Shown: in pieces, positions 61,681 through 64,000 of the stretch
How positions within the stretch are numbered: position 1 is the first letter of the stretch
How the letters are laid out: each line of letters begins with the position of its first letter
Assembly: GCA_977017645.1 (NCBI GenBank)
Contig: OZ360225.1
Span: forward strand, 126,418,001 to 126,482,000
Source: Torpedo marmorata
Lineage: Eukaryota
Direction of reading: 5' to 3'
DNA length: 64,000 bases
The notes under the pieces: generated by a model
Databases searched by the model: none
What the model was told of the DNA's origin: nothing
Seen by the model: only the letters and a program-made list of their open reading frames with translations
Made by a program: the position numbers and the translations under genes

Positions 61681-63534
61681 TCTGATCTTAGGATAAATAG
61701 AAGATGATTGATGAAGCACCTTTGGACAGTTGACCTTAGGATGCTTTCCTAAAGAACTCCTGTGGCTCTACCCTTGGATTGAGCTTACCATCCTTCAAAA
61801 GGTGCATCCTCCTTCCTTTGTGTAAAGTTCAACTTCAAGTTTGCTGGGGGTCCTTAATAAAAATGTCAAAAGAATGTCTCAGTGTCAAAGTAGGCTCTCT
61901 CATGTTACTACTGCAGTTCAGTTTTAAATCTGCATTTGGTCATTTATGGAGTGAATTGAACTGGCTGAAGACCAATTTCTGTGCTGGTCACTTCAGGAGA
62001 ATACTGGCATTAATAATTCACAGCTCATATTGCTGAGAATAGTTGCAAATATTTTAGTCTTAAGCACTCATATGTTAAACTACATCATTATAGAAGGTGG
62101 GCTTTTCATGAAGTCAACTCTTCCTCTTAATTGCTTCATTGCCACCATCTTTCATGGCTGTAGATGCCAGGATGATTAAGCTTTGATCTGATCCATTGGT
62201 GTGGGATCAGCTCATCCCATCTATATGGCACTGATTCCATTGTTCAGGATTCATGCTGCAGCTTCACCTAGTTGGTGCATCATTATTAGGTTTGTCTGAT
62301 GCTGACTCATGTTACTCCAGCGCTTATCTGCTCGCTTGATAGCAAACATAGTGATGAATATACTAGCTACAAGGTAAGAGAAGGCAATAGAAACAAATCT
62401 TCTACTGCTACTGGCAACTCACAGTGGTTCATGGATACCCATTTCTAGCTACTTGATCTGTTCTATCCCTTAAAGCACAATCGAAGTGCGCACAACATCA
62501 TGTGAAAATGGATCTTCACCTCCACAAGAACAACGTGATGGTTGATCACAGCAACAATGACATCTATTGCTGTATCTATGACCAATAATTTGGTGAAGAA
62601 GAACTCAAATACCTTGGTTGGCTCTCTCACAACCAACTGCAGTTTCTGTCTGGAAATCTGACATTCAGATTTCGACCTGTGTAGTTGGTGCTGGTGCTGC
62701 CAACCACTACTGAAATGGACAGTGAAGTCTCCCAGTCTGTCTACACTTGTCAGTGGTTCCTGCATGGAAAATAACAGTGATTCAACTGTAGATGGAATGG
62801 GGAGAGGGATGTGGCTAACTTCTTTGTCAATGTTTGGCCTTGTGCACTGTGACTTCAGCAGTCAGTCGTGGCAAAAAATTGCTTGGATCAATACTCCTTT
62901 CCTCCAGCTTCCAATCCCCTTCCCTTCCTTCTCCCATCAGAGAGCTACCTTTCTTAGCTCTCTGCTCTCTCCCCATCACTTCTCAGCTTCTACTCTCCCA
63001 CTTGTAACCAGCTACTACCTCTTAGCTGTTAGCCTGTGCTGAGTTTCTCCAGCACTTTTGTGAATTACAGGGAAACTTGAGAAATTGGTTGAAATTGGGC
63101 CACTAGTGCTTGGCACTAACACATGTAAGTGATGTTTTTCCTCTTTTTCAAACAGTTGTCTGGGTATTGCCAAGCTATTATTGCCTTCTTATATAATTAG
63201 GCATCAATTGCATGGATTGTGAAAATGGGAATATAGCCATGTGAGACAATTGTTCAGCAGGAATGATTTTAGGTAACATCCAACTTTATCTGGAATTTAT
63301 ACCATTATGAAATTACAAATGTTTGGAAGACCAGTTAAACTGAAGAACATTATTTTTTCTTTCAGCAATTCTGCAAACTTTTCAATGTTGCACCTCTAAA
63401 TATTTGGAAGACGGAAACTTATGCCATTTGCAAAGCTTTTGCATCTTAATTTCAGTTTATTGAGAGTTGCTAGATTGTAAACACCATTGAAAGTTTGCAG
63501 TAGCGTTGTCAGGGACAATGCCTTCACTGAAGGC

Positions 63535-63663
63535 TTTTAAAGCTTGCAGCAGGATCTAAACCAGCTGGAAAAATGGGCTGCAAAATGGCAGATGGAATTT
63601 AATGCGGACAAGTATGATGTGTTGCACTTTGGGAGGACTAATCAGGGTAGGATATACATGGTA
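63535..63663 (+). mobile_element. CR1 RT fragment
   Basis: LQQDLNQLEKWAAKWQMEFNADKYDVLHFGRTN. Confidence 0.85.
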
Positions 63664-64000
63664 AACACACCGAAATGCTGGAGGAACTCAGCCGGTCTTT
63701 TCAGCATCTATGGGACACAAAGATATATTGCCGACGTTTCGGGCCTGGGCCCTTCTTCAAAGAAAAATCAGAAAAGGCAGAAGCAGGATATATCCTGGAC
63801 CAAAGACCCGACCAGTCATCCTCTACCACCACCCTACCACCACCCTCCTCCGCCTGGCAGAACTTGTCCTCACTCTCAATAACTTCTCCTTCAACTCATC
63901 CCACTTCCTCCAAATCAAAGGAGTAGCCATGGGTACCCGCATGGGTCCCAGCTACGCCTGCCTGTTTGTGGGCTTTGTGGAGCAATCCATGCTGCAAGCC
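63664..64000 (+). mobile_element. Penelope-like element: inverted pLTR then RT fragment, running off the window end
   Basis: aaatgctggaggaactcagc...gtttcgggcctgggcccttcttcaa, then LLRLAELVLTLNNFSFNSSHFLQIKGVAMGTRMGPSYACLFVGFVEQSM (Penelope RT motif GxAMG). Confidence 0.9.

Overview
This is AT-rich, repeat-dense vertebrate genomic DNA, not prokaryotic. The mix of repeats (CR1, Rex1/Babar, L1, Penelope, V-SINE-like and 5S-derived SINEs, hAT and Tc1/pogo MITEs) points to a cartilaginous fish, probably a ray (inference). I could not identify any intact host gene or convincing host exon, so the window looks intronic or intergenic. The main feature is a two-LTR BEL/Pao retrotransposon at about 16532-22686. 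It keeps a degenerate gag, zinc knuckles, protease and the extreme integrase C-terminus. Its RT, RNase H and integrase core are replaced by foreign coding sequence, part of which I recognise (from memory, not by search) as the vertebrate gene MIPOL1; an L1 with a TSD later split this segment. The gag N-terminus also carries a SAP-like motif. Other notable items are TSD-flanked Penelope fold-back palindromes with hammerhead-ribozyme-like cores, a 5S rRNA-derived SINE with a Rex1-like tail, a Tigger-like MITE filled with inverted SINE heads, and several nested insertions. Most ORFs in the track are TE fragments or spurious. Boundaries of old repeats are approximate.
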